NCBI GenBank assembly: GCA_963783375.1
Contig: CAWANH010000028.1
Coordinates: 1,440,001-1,504,000, forward strand
DNA: 64,000 nt
Direction: 5' to 3'
Origin: Candidatus Eiseniibacteriota bacterium
GTDB taxonomy: Bacteria; Eisenbacteria; RBG-16-71-46; JABDJR01
The notes below the pieces were generated by a model, which was not told the DNA's origin, ran no database searches, and worked only from the letters and a program-made list of their open reading frames with translations. Position numbers and translations under genes: made by a program. This document shows positions 39,514 through 50,048 of this stretch, piece by piece. How positions within the stretch are numbered: the stretch's first letter is position 1; every line of letters begins with the position of its first letter.

Positions 39514-42500
39514 ATGAAATTTCAGCCAGCGTTCCTGTGGATCTCTCTCGCCGTGCTCGGGCTGGGCGCCTGGATCGCGCCGCCGTGCGCGCGGGCCGAG
39601 GCTCCGCCCGCGGGGACCGTGCCCCGTCCCTGCTTCGTCCCCTCGCCCCCTCAGAAGCTGGGCCTCAACCGGCCGGTGGTGGAGGCCCCGTCGCCGTCCC
39701 GGATGGCGTCCGCCGCGGCCGGGATCGGCGGGCCGGCCTTCCACTACCACGACGACCACCTGACCGAGGCCGGCATCCAGCTCGGGACCGGGGATCCCTT
39801 TCCCCGGCAGGTCCACGCCATCGCCATCCTGGTAGACTTCGACGACGAGCCCATGGGGAGCGGGTTCAAGGATCAGGCCGCCGACTCCACCCAGCTCTAC
39901 TTCAAGCGCGTGCTCACCGACCTGGGTCAGATGTACGACGAGATGTCGGGGGGACAGCTCAGCGTCGACTGGGAGCTGACCGGGAAGGTCTACCGGCTCC
40001 CCCAGACCATGGCCTGGTACGGCCTCGACGACTCCATCGCCACCCGGGAGGCCGCCCTCTGTCAGGATGCGATCCGGGCCGCCGACCCCGACGTGGACTT
40101 CGGCCGGTACGACCGCTTCATCCTGTTCCATGCCGGGCCGGGCCAGGAGGCGGACATCAACGACGACTCGCGCGAGGAGATCTGGTCGGTCTTCTTCCGC
40201 CAGGTGGATTTCCAGTACTGGCTGGACACCCCCGACGCGGCGCGGGGCATCCGCACCATGGACACCGACGCCGGGGGGGACACGATCTACGTTCCCAACG
40301 TGGTGGTCCTGCCCGAGACGGAAACCCAGGACGGCTACGAGTTCGGCATCATGGGCACCACCGCCCACGAGTTCGGCCACAGCTTCGGGCTTCCCGACCT
40401 CTACGACACCACCGGACCCGCCGACTTCATCTTCGCCGACAGCCAGGGGATCGGCGCCTTCGGGCTCATGGGCTCGGGGATCTGGAACGACAACGGGTTC
40501 TTCCCGGCGGAGTTCTGCGCCTGGAGCAAGTTCTACATGGGGTGGCTCCGCCCCGCGGTGATCCGCCCCGACGGCGCGGGAGGAGAGCGATCGGTGGCGG
40601 TCCGGGCGGTGGAGATCGCGCGCCGGGACGGGGCGGTCCGGATCCCCATGGGTGGGGACGAGTACCTCCTCATCGAGAACCGGCTCCGCGACTACAACGG
40701 GAACGGGAAGTTCGACTTCAACGACGTGGACGGCGACTCCGTGTTCACCTTCTGGGGGGACGACTACCAGGGGGCCGAGCTCGATTACTACCTTCCCCGG
40801 AACATCGAGGGCCCATCCGGCCGGCTGTACGACGGTTCCGGGCTCCTCATCTGGCACATCGACGAGTCCATCGTCCGGGACCTCCTCTACTACAACCTGG
40901 TGAACGCGGACGCCCGGCACAAGGGAGTGGACCTGGAGGAGGCGGACGGGATCCAGGATCTCGACAAGCTGGAGTTCACTTTCGAAGCGTTCGGGGATGC
41001 CCGCGACTCCTATTGGGCTCCCAACGCCACCGAGTTCACGCCGGCCACCACGCCCAACACCGACGGCTATAACCACACCCGGACCGGGATCTGGATCACC
41101 GACATCTCGGCGCCGGCGGACACCATGACCCTGAAGGTGCGGTTCACCTCACCGGAGGGAGGCGCGACCGGCGACTTCAAGCCGGGTTGGCCCCGGGACC
41201 TGCCGGGGCGGGTGGGGAATTTCCAGCCCGTGACCGGGGACCTGAACGGGGACGGCCGGGTGGAGATCGTCGTCTCCGCCACCGACACCGCGGGGATCGG
41301 CGGACCGGTGATCCTGGGCGACGACGGGACCTCCTATTTTCAGCCGGGGGGGGCGCCGCGCCTGCTCTCCCACGGCCGCCTGCGCTCCGACCCGATCCTG
41401 GTCAACCTGGATCCGGACCGGGACCCCCATCCCGAGGTGGTGTGGGTGAGCGGGGACACCCTGTACGCCCTCGAGGGGGACGGGATGTTCCTGGGCTCCG
41501 ACGGAGCGACGGGACCCGACCCCGCCCCGTTCTACATCCTCCCCCCGGGAAGCGGCCGGGTGCATCTCACCGCGGGGAACCTCGACCGGCCCCTGGACGA
41601 CCGTCCCGAGATCCTGGTTTCGGCCCCGGCGGGAGCGGCGGCCGAGAGTACGGAAGTTCTGGCCGTGGCCTACGCCCCCGGGGCCGGGAGTTCACTGCGG
41701 ACCCGCGTCACCTACCCCGGCGACGCCTCACTCTCCAGCACCCTGGCCGACGAAGACGACGTGGATCGCGGGCTCATGGAGATCGCCACCTCGGTGAGGA
41801 CCGCCGGGGGCGGCTATCTGGCCGTGGCCCTTCTCTACGAGCACATCCAGCCGAACGGGCAGTACATCGCCGTTCCCTACAAGTATTCCTTCGGGGACAC
41901 CGTGGCTTTCAACGCGCCGGTGGTGGGGGACCTGAACCGCGACGGTCTGGACGATATCGTGGTGGTGGATTCCCGGGGCTGGCTCCACGCTCTCGACGTC
42001 AAGGTCTCCTCCAGCGACGGAATGACCAAGAACCTGAGGGATCCGGGCTACTTCCCGCCCGCGGGCTCCGACGACCACGCCGATTTCAACGAATTGGCCG
42101 GCTTCCCGGTGAAGTTCCGCACGGTCTACGAAGGCGAGGTGCTCCCTTCGGAGGACGCGGTGAGCCTGGCCGACCTGGACGGCGACGGCTATCTGGAGAT
42201 CCTGGCCTTCACCCCGCTCAACGTGCTCCACGTCTACAACTACAACGGGACCCCGGTTCTCTCCACCCCGACCCTCGTGCCGGGAGAGGACCGGTTCACC
42301 CGCCCGTTCCTTTCCCCCCTGGTGGCCGATCTGGGTAACGGCCTCGCGAACCAGCTTCTCCTCCCCCTGGCCGACGGCCAGGTCCGGGGTCACGACCCCC
42401 GGGGTCGCCCGCTTGCCGGGTGGGCATATCTCGGTGGCGGGGAAGAGGGGACGTATCCCGTCCTCACCGATCTCGACCAGGACGGCGTCCTGGACCTGGT

Positions 42501-43002
42501 GACCGTGGAGGACGTGACGGTGGCGGTTCCGTTCGAGAACGACCGGGGCGACGAATCGCCGGATGCGGTCAAGGTGGGCCGGGTGGTGGTCCGCGAGGTG
42601 GGGGCGGGAACCCCCGGAGGCGCCTGGCCGGTCTACCGCCACGACGCCCTCCGGTCGGGCCGGGCCGTGGCTCCCCAGACCGCGGGCGGGGAACCCCGCG
42701 GCAGCGGACTCTTCGATCAGGCCTTCGTGATGCCGAATCCGGCGGTGCGGAAGACCCCGGAGATCCACTACCGGGTGCGCTCCAACGTCCAGCGGGTGAC
42801 CATCGAGATCCACGACATGGCGGGGGAGAAGGTCCGAATACTGACCGGGACCGTCTATCCCAGCACGGACAACCTGGTGTCCTGGGACCTCACCAACGAG
42901 CGTGGGAACGGCGTGGCGCCGGGCCTCTACCTGGCGCGGGTCCAGGCCGAGGCGGGGAACCGGGTGGAGGTGAAGATGCTTCGGTTCGTGGTGGTGCGAT
43001 GA
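39514..43002 (+). CDS. M6 (immune inhibitor A-like) metalloprotease with FG-GAP repeats and T9SS/FlgD CTD
   Basis: HAGPGQE, AHEFGHSFGLPDLY, YLLIENR, GLLIWHID; DLNGDG repeats; PNP...WDLTN..G..VAPGLY. Confidence 0.92.
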   Translation: MKFQPAFLWISLAVLGLGAWIAPPCARAEAPPAGTVPRPCFVPSPPQKLGLNRPVVEAPSPSRMASAAAGIGGPAFHYHDDHLTEAGIQLGTGDPFPRQVHAIAILVDFDDEPMGSGFKDQAADSTQLYFKRVLTDLGQMYDEMSGGQLSVDWELTGKVYRLPQTMAWYGLDDSIATREAALCQDAIRAADPDVDFGRYDRFILFHAGPGQEADINDDSREEIWSVFFRQVDFQYWLDTPDAARGIRTMDTDAGGDTIYVPNVVVLPETETQDGYEFGIMGTTAHEFGHSFGLPDLYDTTGPADFIFADSQGIGAFGLMGSGIWNDNGFFPAEFCAWSKFYMGWLRPAVIRPDGAGGERSVAVRAVEIARRDGAVRIPMGGDEYLLIENRLRDYNGNGKFDFNDVDGDSVFTFWGDDYQGAELDYYLPRNIEGPSGRLYDGSGLLIWHIDESIVRDLLYYNLVNADARHKGVDLEEADGIQDLDKLEFTFEAFGDARDSYWAPNATEFTPATTPNTDGYNHTRTGIWITDISAPADTMTLKVRFTSPEGGATGDFKPGWPRDLPGRVGNFQPVTGDLNGDGRVEIVVSATDTAGIGGPVILGDDGTSYFQPGGAPRLLSHGRLRSDPILVNLDPDRDPHPEVVWVSGDTLYALEGDGMFLGSDGATGPDPAPFYILPPGSGRVHLTAGNLDRPLDDRPEILVSAPAGAAAESTEVLAVAYAPGAGSSLRTRVTYPGDASLSSTLADEDDVDRGLMEIATSVRTAGGGYLAVALLYEHIQPNGQYIAVPYKYSFGDTVAFNAPVVGDLNRDGLDDIVVVDSRGWLHALDVKVSSSDGMTKNLRDPGYFPPAGSDDHADFNELAGFPVKFRTVYEGEVLPSEDAVSLADLDGDGYLEILAFTPLNVLHVYNYNGTPVLSTPTLVPGEDRFTRPFLSPLVADLGNGLANQLLLPLADGQVRGHDPRGRPLAGWAYLGGGEEGTYPVLTDLDQDGVLDLVTVEDVTVAVPFENDRGDESPDAVKVGRVVVREVGAGTPGGAWPVYRHDALRSGRAVAPQTAGGEPRGSGLFDQAFVMPNPAVRKTPEIHYRVRSNVQRVTIEIHDMAGEKVRILTGTVYPSTDNLVSWDLTNERGNGVAPGLYLARVQAEAGNRVEVKMLRFVVVR

Positions 43003-43216
43003 CGGCGGAGGACACGATGAAGTGCTCCGCCGCGGCCGCGCCGGGAAGGTCCCCCGGCGCCGCGCGCACCGAGGTTCCGGATCATAGCGCGTTCCCGGCG
43101 GTTCCCCGCACCGCGCGGAATGCCTGCCTTAAACCCGCTCCATCGTCTAGACTGGGCGGCGTGACGGCCGGAGGCCCCCCCGGGGGCGATCCGGTCCGAC
43201 AACCTGGAGGTTCGGA

Positions 43217-44155
43217 ATGACACGACGCGTGGGGGCGATCGCCCTCGGTATCCTGGCTCTCTGCCTGATCACCGCTCCGCCGGCGGCTCTGGCCGCCGAC
43301 CCGGGGCTTACCGTGCTGAGCTTTCTCAAGCTCGGCGCCGGGGCACGGGCGGCCTCGATGGGGGACGCCTACGTGGCGGTGGCCAAGGACGCCAGCGCCG
43401 CCTACTGGAACCCCGCCGGCCTCCTGGGCATCGAGCGCAACGATGTGATGGGGGTCCACAACGCGTGGATCCAGGACCTCAACCATGAGTTCGTCGCCTT
43501 CGGGGCGCATCGGGGACGTCACGCGGTGGGGCTTTCGTTCATCGGGCTCTACACCCCCGATCTCGAACAACGAAACGACCAGGGGGACTTCACCGGTCAC
43601 TTCGGGTTCTCGGACAACGCTTTCGCCGTGTCCTACGCCTTCCAGGCCGCGGAGCGCGTGGGGGTGGGGGCCACCGCCCGCTACGTGAGGGAGTCCATCG
43701 TGGGAACCACCGACGGGGACTTCGCCCTCGACGGCCTGGCCTTCGACCTGGGCGGCACCTGGGACACCCCCTTGAACGGGGTGAGCGCGGGCGCGGCGCT
43801 CCGGAACCTCGGCGGGCAGCTCTCCTATAATTTCGCCAACGCGGGGAGATTCGATCTTCCCACCACCGTGCAGGCCGGTCTGGCCTTCCACCGCGCCGAC
43901 GTCCGGGGCGGGATGATCACCGTCTCCGGCGACGTCCTGGCGGTGAGCGGCGCCGACGCCTCGGTCCGGGTGGGCGCGGAGTACGCCTACCGCGGGGAGT
44001 TCATGGTGGGCGCCGGCTACAAGACCGGCCTCGAGAACGAGAACGTGAGCTTCGGGGTGGGCTACGAGAACGGAGTCCGTGTCCACTACGCCTTCACCCC
44101 GCTCTACGCCGACCTCGGAAACAGCCATCGCATCTCCCTCGGCTACGCCTGGTAG
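43217..44155 (+). CDS. PorV/PorQ-family outer-membrane protein
   Basis: FLKLGAGARAASMGDAYVA...AYWNPAGL; terminal HRISLGYAW. Confidence 0.88.
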   Translation: MTRRVGAIALGILALCLITAPPAALAADPGLTVLSFLKLGAGARAASMGDAYVAVAKDASAAYWNPAGLLGIERNDVMGVHNAWIQDLNHEFVAFGAHRGRHAVGLSFIGLYTPDLEQRNDQGDFTGHFGFSDNAFAVSYAFQAAERVGVGATARYVRESIVGTTDGDFALDGLAFDLGGTWDTPLNGVSAGAALRNLGGQLSYNFANAGRFDLPTTVQAGLAFHRADVRGGMITVSGDVLAVSGADASVRVGAEYAYRGEFMVGAGYKTGLENENVSFGVGYENGVRVHYAFTPLYADLGNSHRISLGYAW

Positions 44156-44171
44156 GCCCGGGAGTTCCGGG

Positions 44172-47100
44172 GTGCGCCGCCTCGCCCTCGCCCTGATCCT
44201 CTGTGGGATCGCGGCGGGGGCGTTTCCATGGGTCACGCGCGGCCTCGGGGCGCCGCTTCCCCCCGATGTCCCCCGGGTCGTTCCCGGCGAGGTGGTGGTG
44301 ATCGGGCGGGAGACCGCGGGGAAGGCCGGGGTCCTCGGGCAGGACGCCCCGGGGATCTGGAAGGAGCGGGCGCGGGGGCTCGGGATTTCGGTGGCCGCGG
44401 TGAAGGCGGTGGCGCCGGCAGGTTCGGCGGGAGGGCGCGCGACGTTTCCGGGCGGGGCCTGGGTTCTCCGCTACGACGGCGCGGCTTCTCCCGAGGCGGT
44501 GGCGCGGCGGCTGGCCGCCGATCCCGCGGTGGCCTACGCCGGGCCGAACCACGTGCTGGCGACGACCGGGGGGATCCCGCCCCTCGCAGCCGCCCCCGAC
44601 GACTCGCTCTACTCCCAGCAATGGGCCCTTCCCGCGGTCCACGTTCCCGAGGCCTGGGACCGCACCCGGGGAGCCGGGGTCCTGATCGCGGTGATCGACA
44701 CCGGGGTCGAGCTCACCCATCCCGACCTGGCCGCGCGGATCGCGGTGAACGACGCCGAACGGGACGGGGAGCCCGGGGTGGACGACGACGGGAACGGCTA
44801 CGTGGACGACGTCCTCGGCTACGACTTCACCGATGCACCCGGTCTGCCCGGGACCGGGGACTACCTGGCCCGCGACCCCGACCCCACCGACGACTTCGGC
44901 CACGGAACCGCGGTGGCCGGGACGGCGGCGGCCACCCGCAACAACCGCATCGGGATCGCGGGGGTCGCTCCCGAAGCGCGGATCCTCGCGGTACGCGCGG
45001 GCTTTCGCACCACCCTGCCCTTTCTCCCCGCGATTCTCCAGGAGGACGACGCCGCCGCCGCGGTGATCTACGCCGCGGATCGCGGGGCGCGGGTGCTGAA
45101 CCTCTCCTGGGGCGACGTGGTGGACGCGCCGCTCATCCGGGCCGCGGTGGCCTACGCGGTCGACCGGGGGGCGCTGGTGGTGGCCAGCGCGGGGAACACC
45201 CCCGGCGACACCGCGTTCTATCCCGCCGCCTATCCGGGGGCGCTCTCCATCGGGGCCATCGGCTCCGATTTCCGGCGGGCGGGCTTCTCCACCTGGGGCC
45301 AGGACCTGGACCTCCTGGCCCCGGGAGTGCCGATTCTCACCACGGCCCTGGGCGGCGGCTACGCCAACACCGGGGGCACCTCCTTCAGCGCCCCCATGGT
45401 GGCGGGGGCCGCGGCCCTGGTGTGGAGCGTGTTTCCTTCTTGGACCGCGGAGGAGGTCGCCGCTCGCCTGCGACTCAGCGCGGGAGGTGCGGCGGAGGGA
45501 TGGACTCGCGAGAAGGGATGGGGGCTCCTCGACGCCGCCGGGGCCGTCGCCCCCGGCCCGGCTCCGCCGCTGGTGGGCTTCACCGGGGTGGATCGCCGCC
45601 CCGATGGGTTTCATCTTGCGGGCACGGTGAGCGCGGTATCGCTTTCCCGCTGGACCCTGACCGTCCTTCCCGAGGCCTCGGCGGAGGTCTCTCCGGCCGG
45701 CGGACCGGCGGACGATCTCCCGGGCGAGCGGGTGCTGGTCGCCGCATCCCCCCGCCAGGTCGTGGCGGAAGGCCTGGGGGTGTTCGTTCCCGCCGTCCTG
45801 GACACCGGGACCTGGGTGGTCCGCCTCCGGGCGTGGGTCGGGGGCCCGGTTCCCCTGGAGAAACGGTTGCGGTTCCGCGTCCCCCCCGCCGAGCTTCCGA
45901 TCGACGATCTGGTCCTGGAGCTTCAGGCTTCGGCGGATCGGGGCTGGGACGCGGTCGCCACCTGGCGGTCGTCCTCCCCCTACCAGGGGTCGGCGCGTCT
46001 GGCGGTGGGCGAGGTCGAGTCGGACTTCGCCCGTGAGGTCTCGGTGGCCACCCATCACGCGGTGAGACTCCGCGGGCCCATCCCGGTGGGGACGCACGAA
46101 GCGCGGATCTACGGGAGAGCGGGAGGGAGCGGAGAGGAGGCGCTCCTGGCCACCCGGACCCTCGAGGTTCCGCCGGCTCTCCAGACCGTGGATGCGGCCG
46201 GACTGGTTCGGACGCCGCCCGGCACCCCGATGCGGCGCGCGGTGGATTGGGACGGCGACGGCCTGCCCGAGTTCCTGGTCGAGGGGCCGCCGGCCGGGGG
46301 GGACCCCTACGGAACCGTGCGCCGGTTCGAATGGGCGGGGACGGTCCTCCCCCCCGCGGCGGTAGACTCCTCGTCCGGGCTTTTCACCGGCATCCCCGTG
46401 GACGCTGCCGATGCCGACGGAGACGGCCTGGCCGAGCTGGTGGTGTACCGGCTGGACGGCTGGAGCGTGTGGGAAGCGGAGCATCCCGGGGGGTTCCCGG
46501 ACCGGCCGATCTTCCAGCCGGGGATGGACGACGGCGTGCCGGTCGGCTTCGTCGACACTCCGGAGGGGGTGCGGCTTCTGGAGGTGGAGGAGAACCGCCT
46601 TCGTATCCTCCGGTCGGATCCGGTCGATGGCTACGTGGTGACCGCCGACGTGGCCGGGACCGGAGGGAGGCTGTCCACCCGGGGGACGGCGGCGGACCTG
46701 GACGGAGACGGCCGCCCGGAGGCGGTGTTCCCCGACGAGAACGGAGCCCTGGTGCTCTTCCGGCTCACCCCGGACGGAGCGGTGAGTCTCGGCGGCGCGA
46801 GCCCGCCCGGCCCCAGGATCCTCGCCGCGGTTTCGGTGTCGCGCGCCGGGCGCCGACCGGCCCTGGTCACCGCCGAGATCGATCCCTCGACCCCGGGCGC
46901 GGAGGGTGACCTGGAACGCGGGGCGGTCCGGGTGCGGCGATGGGGCTGGACGAGCCTGGGGCCTCTCCCCGGACCCTCGCTGGCCTTTGCGGGGCTCATC
47001 TCCGCACCGGAGCTGGAGCTACTGGCCTGGCCTCCCGCCCGGGACACGGATTCCTCGCGGGTGGTTCTCCGCCGCGGAAACCGGTACGACGCGGTCCGGA

Positions 47101-48350
47101 TCGAGGGGAACGGGCTTTCGTGGGAGCCGCTCTTCACCAGCGACCTGGCTCATGTGGAAGGGAGCGGGATCTTCCCGCATGGGGTCTCGGTGGGCGGCCG
47201 CACCGCGATCCCTCTCTGGACGGGGGCCACCACCGGGATCTCTTCCCCCGGCGAAGCCGTCGTGCTGGTGCCCGGAGGGACGGCGGGAGTGGGCGGCTCG
47301 CCGCTTCGCGTGGTGCGGGCCGGGCCGACCGCCGATTCCCGGCTGCGCCTCGTGGTGGAATGGGAGGAGGACGGATGCGCTCCCCTGGGCACGATCTACC
47401 GGAGCAGCAATGGGGACGGGTTCCGGGCGATCCCGGTCCCGGCGGGGGCGCGATCGGTGGTCGACACGGTGTCGCTGGGGGCGCGGGTGCGCTACGAGAC
47501 CCTGCTCGTCGACTGCGACCGGGCGCCGGCGATCCTCCTGGCGCGCGAGCCCCAGCGCCCGGTTCCGACCTGGCTCGCCCCCGGCCGGCTGGCCATCTCC
47601 TTCGACCCGCCGGTCGCGATGGGTCCGGAGGAGGTGCGGGTGTGGGTGGGGGGCGTCGGGGAACCCCCCGACGCGGCGCAGGTGGACCGGGACGGCGCCC
47701 GGATGCTGGTGTCTTTCAGCGGTCCCCCGCCGGACTCCCTGGAGGTGGTCGGGGCCTGGGACACGGACGGGCTCCCCCTGGGGGGTGCGGTTCGTGCGGT
47801 GTTCCCGGTGCCGGCGATACCGGCCGACGCCCGCCCGCCGGTGCTGGCGACGGTGGCCTACCGGAGCCGCGCGGAGGGGGGAGTGCTCGAGGTGACCCTG
47901 GGGGGAGGCCCCTTCGCCGCGTCCTGCCCGGAGCCCTTCCGGCTCGACCCGCCGGGGGAGCCCTTGGCCTACGAGGAGACCCCGGAACCGGGAACGCTTC
48001 GGATTCCGCTGGCCGCCCCCCTGGCTCCGGGGGCCTACACCCTGGCCTTTGCGCCGGATTGCCTGGCCGGGACGGCGGTGGGCCCGGGGCGGGAGCGCCG
48101 GTTTCTGGTGGGGTTGGCGGTCTATCCGAATCCGGTGCGGGCGGGCGCGGAGCTGACGGTGGAGAACGCGGACCCGGGGACCCGGGTGGAGCTTCTGGAC
48201 GTGAGCGGACGCCGGGGGTGGACCTGGCGGCTTGGGAGCGGGACGGACCGCCGGCCGATGACCGACACCGCCCCCGGGCTCTACTTCCTGCGGATCGAGA
48301 ACCCCGAGGGACGTCTCCAGGAAGTCCGGAAGCTCGTGGTGTTGCGGTAG
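44172..48350 (+). CDS. S8 subtilisin-like protease with FG-GAP repeats and T9SS-type CTD
   Basis: Triad VIDTG / HGTAVAG / GTSFSAP; tail YPNP...LLDVSGR...PGLYFLRI...RKLVVLR. Confidence 0.92.
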   Translation: MRRLALALILCGIAAGAFPWVTRGLGAPLPPDVPRVVPGEVVVIGRETAGKAGVLGQDAPGIWKERARGLGISVAAVKAVAPAGSAGGRATFPGGAWVLRYDGAASPEAVARRLAADPAVAYAGPNHVLATTGGIPPLAAAPDDSLYSQQWALPAVHVPEAWDRTRGAGVLIAVIDTGVELTHPDLAARIAVNDAERDGEPGVDDDGNGYVDDVLGYDFTDAPGLPGTGDYLARDPDPTDDFGHGTAVAGTAAATRNNRIGIAGVAPEARILAVRAGFRTTLPFLPAILQEDDAAAAVIYAADRGARVLNLSWGDVVDAPLIRAAVAYAVDRGALVVASAGNTPGDTAFYPAAYPGALSIGAIGSDFRRAGFSTWGQDLDLLAPGVPILTTALGGGYANTGGTSFSAPMVAGAAALVWSVFPSWTAEEVAARLRLSAGGAAEGWTREKGWGLLDAAGAVAPGPAPPLVGFTGVDRRPDGFHLAGTVSAVSLSRWTLTVLPEASAEVSPAGGPADDLPGERVLVAASPRQVVAEGLGVFVPAVLDTGTWVVRLRAWVGGPVPLEKRLRFRVPPAELPIDDLVLELQASADRGWDAVATWRSSSPYQGSARLAVGEVESDFAREVSVATHHAVRLRGPIPVGTHEARIYGRAGGSGEEALLATRTLEVPPALQTVDAAGLVRTPPGTPMRRAVDWDGDGLPEFLVEGPPAGGDPYGTVRRFEWAGTVLPPAAVDSSSGLFTGIPVDAADADGDGLAELVVYRLDGWSVWEAEHPGGFPDRPIFQPGMDDGVPVGFVDTPEGVRLLEVEENRLRILRSDPVDGYVVTADVAGTGGRLSTRGTAADLDGDGRPEAVFPDENGALVLFRLTPDGAVSLGGASPPGPRILAAVSVSRAGRRPALVTAEIDPSTPGAEGDLERGAVRVRRWGWTSLGPLPGPSLAFAGLISAPELELLAWPPARDTDSSRVVLRRGNRYDAVRIEGNGLSWEPLFTSDLAHVEGSGIFPHGVSVGGRTAIPLWTGATTGISSPGEAVVLVPGGTAGVGGSPLRVVRAGPTADSRLRLVVEWEEDGCAPLGTIYRSSNGDGFRAIPVPAGARSVVDTVSLGARVRYETLLVDCDRAPAILLAREPQRPVPTWLAPGRLAISFDPPVAMGPEEVRVWVGGVGEPPDAAQVDRDGARMLVSFSGPPPDSLEVVGAWDTDGLPLGGAVRAVFPVPAIPADARPPVLATVAYRSRAEGGVLEVTLGGGPFAASCPEPFRLDPPGEPLAYEETPEPGTLRIPLAAPLAPGAYTLAFAPDCLAGTAVGPGRERRFLVGLAVYPNPVRAGAELTVENADPGTRVELLDVSGRRGWTWRLGSGTDRRPMTDTAPGLYFLRIENPEGRLQEVRKLVVLR

Positions 48351-48479
48351 GCCGTCGCCTGATTGGGCCATAACCCATTATCGATCAAAACAGTACCATT
48401 AATGCAGATAAGTGAATGATAATCATCCCCTCAAGAACAGATCAGTGTTTGCGTATAAGTGCAAGATGATCCGCGCGTC

Positions 48480-49250
48480 CTAGTCCTCCAGGGGCCAGGT
48501 CAGAAGCCGGAATCGCCCCTCCCGCAGTCGAACGCAGGTGAAGTTCCGGAACCAGTCCCCGAGGATCAGGAACTCCCCCAGGTCGCGCTCCCAGTGGATC
48601 GGGACGTGGTGGTGGCCCATGAGGACGGCGTCGGCCCCGGCGACGAGCTCGGGCGCCGCCACGGACTTGTAGAGTCCCTCCACATCCACGTCCCGGTCCC
48701 CGGTGTGCCCCCGGCTCACGTCCGAGCTCCGGAGTCCCAGGGGAATCCCCAGGTCGGGATGGATCCAGCGAAAGGCCCGGATGGCCAGGGGGTTTCGGAG
48801 CACCCGCTTCAGGATCTTGTATCCCACGTCACCCGGACCGAGTCCGTCCCCGTGAAACAGACGGGCCCGCCGGCCCTGGGCCAGGAGCAGGGTTCCGTCG
48901 GCCAGGACCTCGATCCCGGTCTCCCGCCGGAGGAAGTCGCACATCCAGAAGTCGTGGTTTCCCCCCAGGTAGCGGACGGGAAGAGCCCCTCGGGCCAGGG
49001 ATTCCAGCTGCGCCAGGGTGGCGAAGGCCGCCCGGGGGATGACCGTGCGATACTCGAACCAGAAATCGAAGAGATCGCCGAGGATGAAGAGCGCGGCGCC
49101 CTCGCGTTCCACCCGGGAAAGGAGCGCGGCGAAGCGCTCGCGCTTCACGGCCTCCCGGTCGGGGGGAGAGCCCCCGAGGTGGACGTCGCTCACGAAATAG
49201 AGGACCGGGCGCGATTCCTGGAGCGTGGGTGGGGAAGGAGGGGTCATCAT
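48480..49250 (-). CDS. lpxH: UDP-2,3-diacylglucosamine diphosphatase
   Basis: SDVHLG, GDLFDFW, GNHDFW, HGDG, MGHHH, LGDW. Confidence 0.85.
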   Translation of the reverse strand: MMTPPSPPTLQESRPVLYFVSDVHLGGSPPDREAVKRERFAALLSRVEREGAALFILGDLFDFWFEYRTVIPRAAFATLAQLESLARGALPVRYLGGNHDFWMCDFLRRETGIEVLADGTLLLAQGRRARLFHGDGLGPGDVGYKILKRVLRNPLAIRAFRWIHPDLGIPLGLRSSDVSRGHTGDRDVDVEGLYKSVAAPELVAGADAVLMGHHHVPIHWERDLGEFLILGDWFRNFTCVRLREGRFRLLTWPLED

Positions 49251-49539
49251 GTTCTCCGGGCCGGAGGCTATCACGAATGAGGCCCCGGCGGCCCGGGCAA
49301 TGGTGGCCGGCCCGATCCGGCGCGGGACGGTCCGGGTCCATCCGGGCGGCCGCGGGGGGTGTCCGGCCGCGGAACGGCCCGGGTCGCCCCCCGGAGGGCG
49401 GCCGAACGGCCCCGCGAGGGAACTTTCTGGAACGCCGTGGGATCGCCCCCGTATGATAGATGCACTACGGTGATCGAGGAACGGCCACGCAGAATGGCAG
49501 AATGGAAGGTCCGGGGTATCCGGACCGGAAAGCGATTTC

Positions 49540-50013
49540 ATGAGCGATCTCTGGGAACGGGTCAAGAAGACGGCCAGCGAAATCTACTCCACCGCGTCCG
49601 AGCGAACGGTGGAGGGGGTGAACCTCGGGGTGAAGCACCTCGACGTGGTCTCTCTCCGCCGCGACCTCTCGCGGGAGTTCACGGGACTGGGGGGCCGGGT
49701 CTACCAGCTGTTGCGCGGGGATCAGGCCGGGGACATCCCCGACGACCCCACCGTGCTCCACCACCTCCGGCGCCTCGAAGAGCTGGAGGAGCGCCTGGAG
49801 GAGCGGGAGGCGGAGATCCGCCGGATGCGCGAGGGCAAGCCCGAGCCGGCCGGAAGCGACTCCTCCGAGGCCTTGCCCCCTCAGGCCGATTCAGCCGAAA
49901 CCGAACCCCTCCGGGAAAGCGCCGCCTCCGATGAGGGGCCGGACCGCCCGGCGGCCGATACCCCCCCCTCCGGCGAGGGCGATCCGAACTTCACCGACCC
50001 CGACCGGAACTGA
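49540..50013 (+). CDS. Hypothetical coiled-coil protein
   Basis: MSDLWERVKK start, heptad-rich helix, acidic disordered tail. Confidence 0.75.
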   Translation: MSDLWERVKKTASEIYSTASERTVEGVNLGVKHLDVVSLRRDLSREFTGLGGRVYQLLRGDQAGDIPDDPTVLHHLRRLEELEERLEEREAEIRRMREGKPEPAGSDSSEALPPQADSAETEPLRESAASDEGPDRPAADTPPSGEGDPNFTDPDRN

Positions 50014-50048
50014 TTTCTTGTACCCCCACCCCTCGTCCGGAGAACATC

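Noticed and set aside
48364-48390. dif site
   Set aside because: GGGCCATAA resembles a XerC arm, but the spacing and XerD arm (TTATGTTAAAT) do not match.
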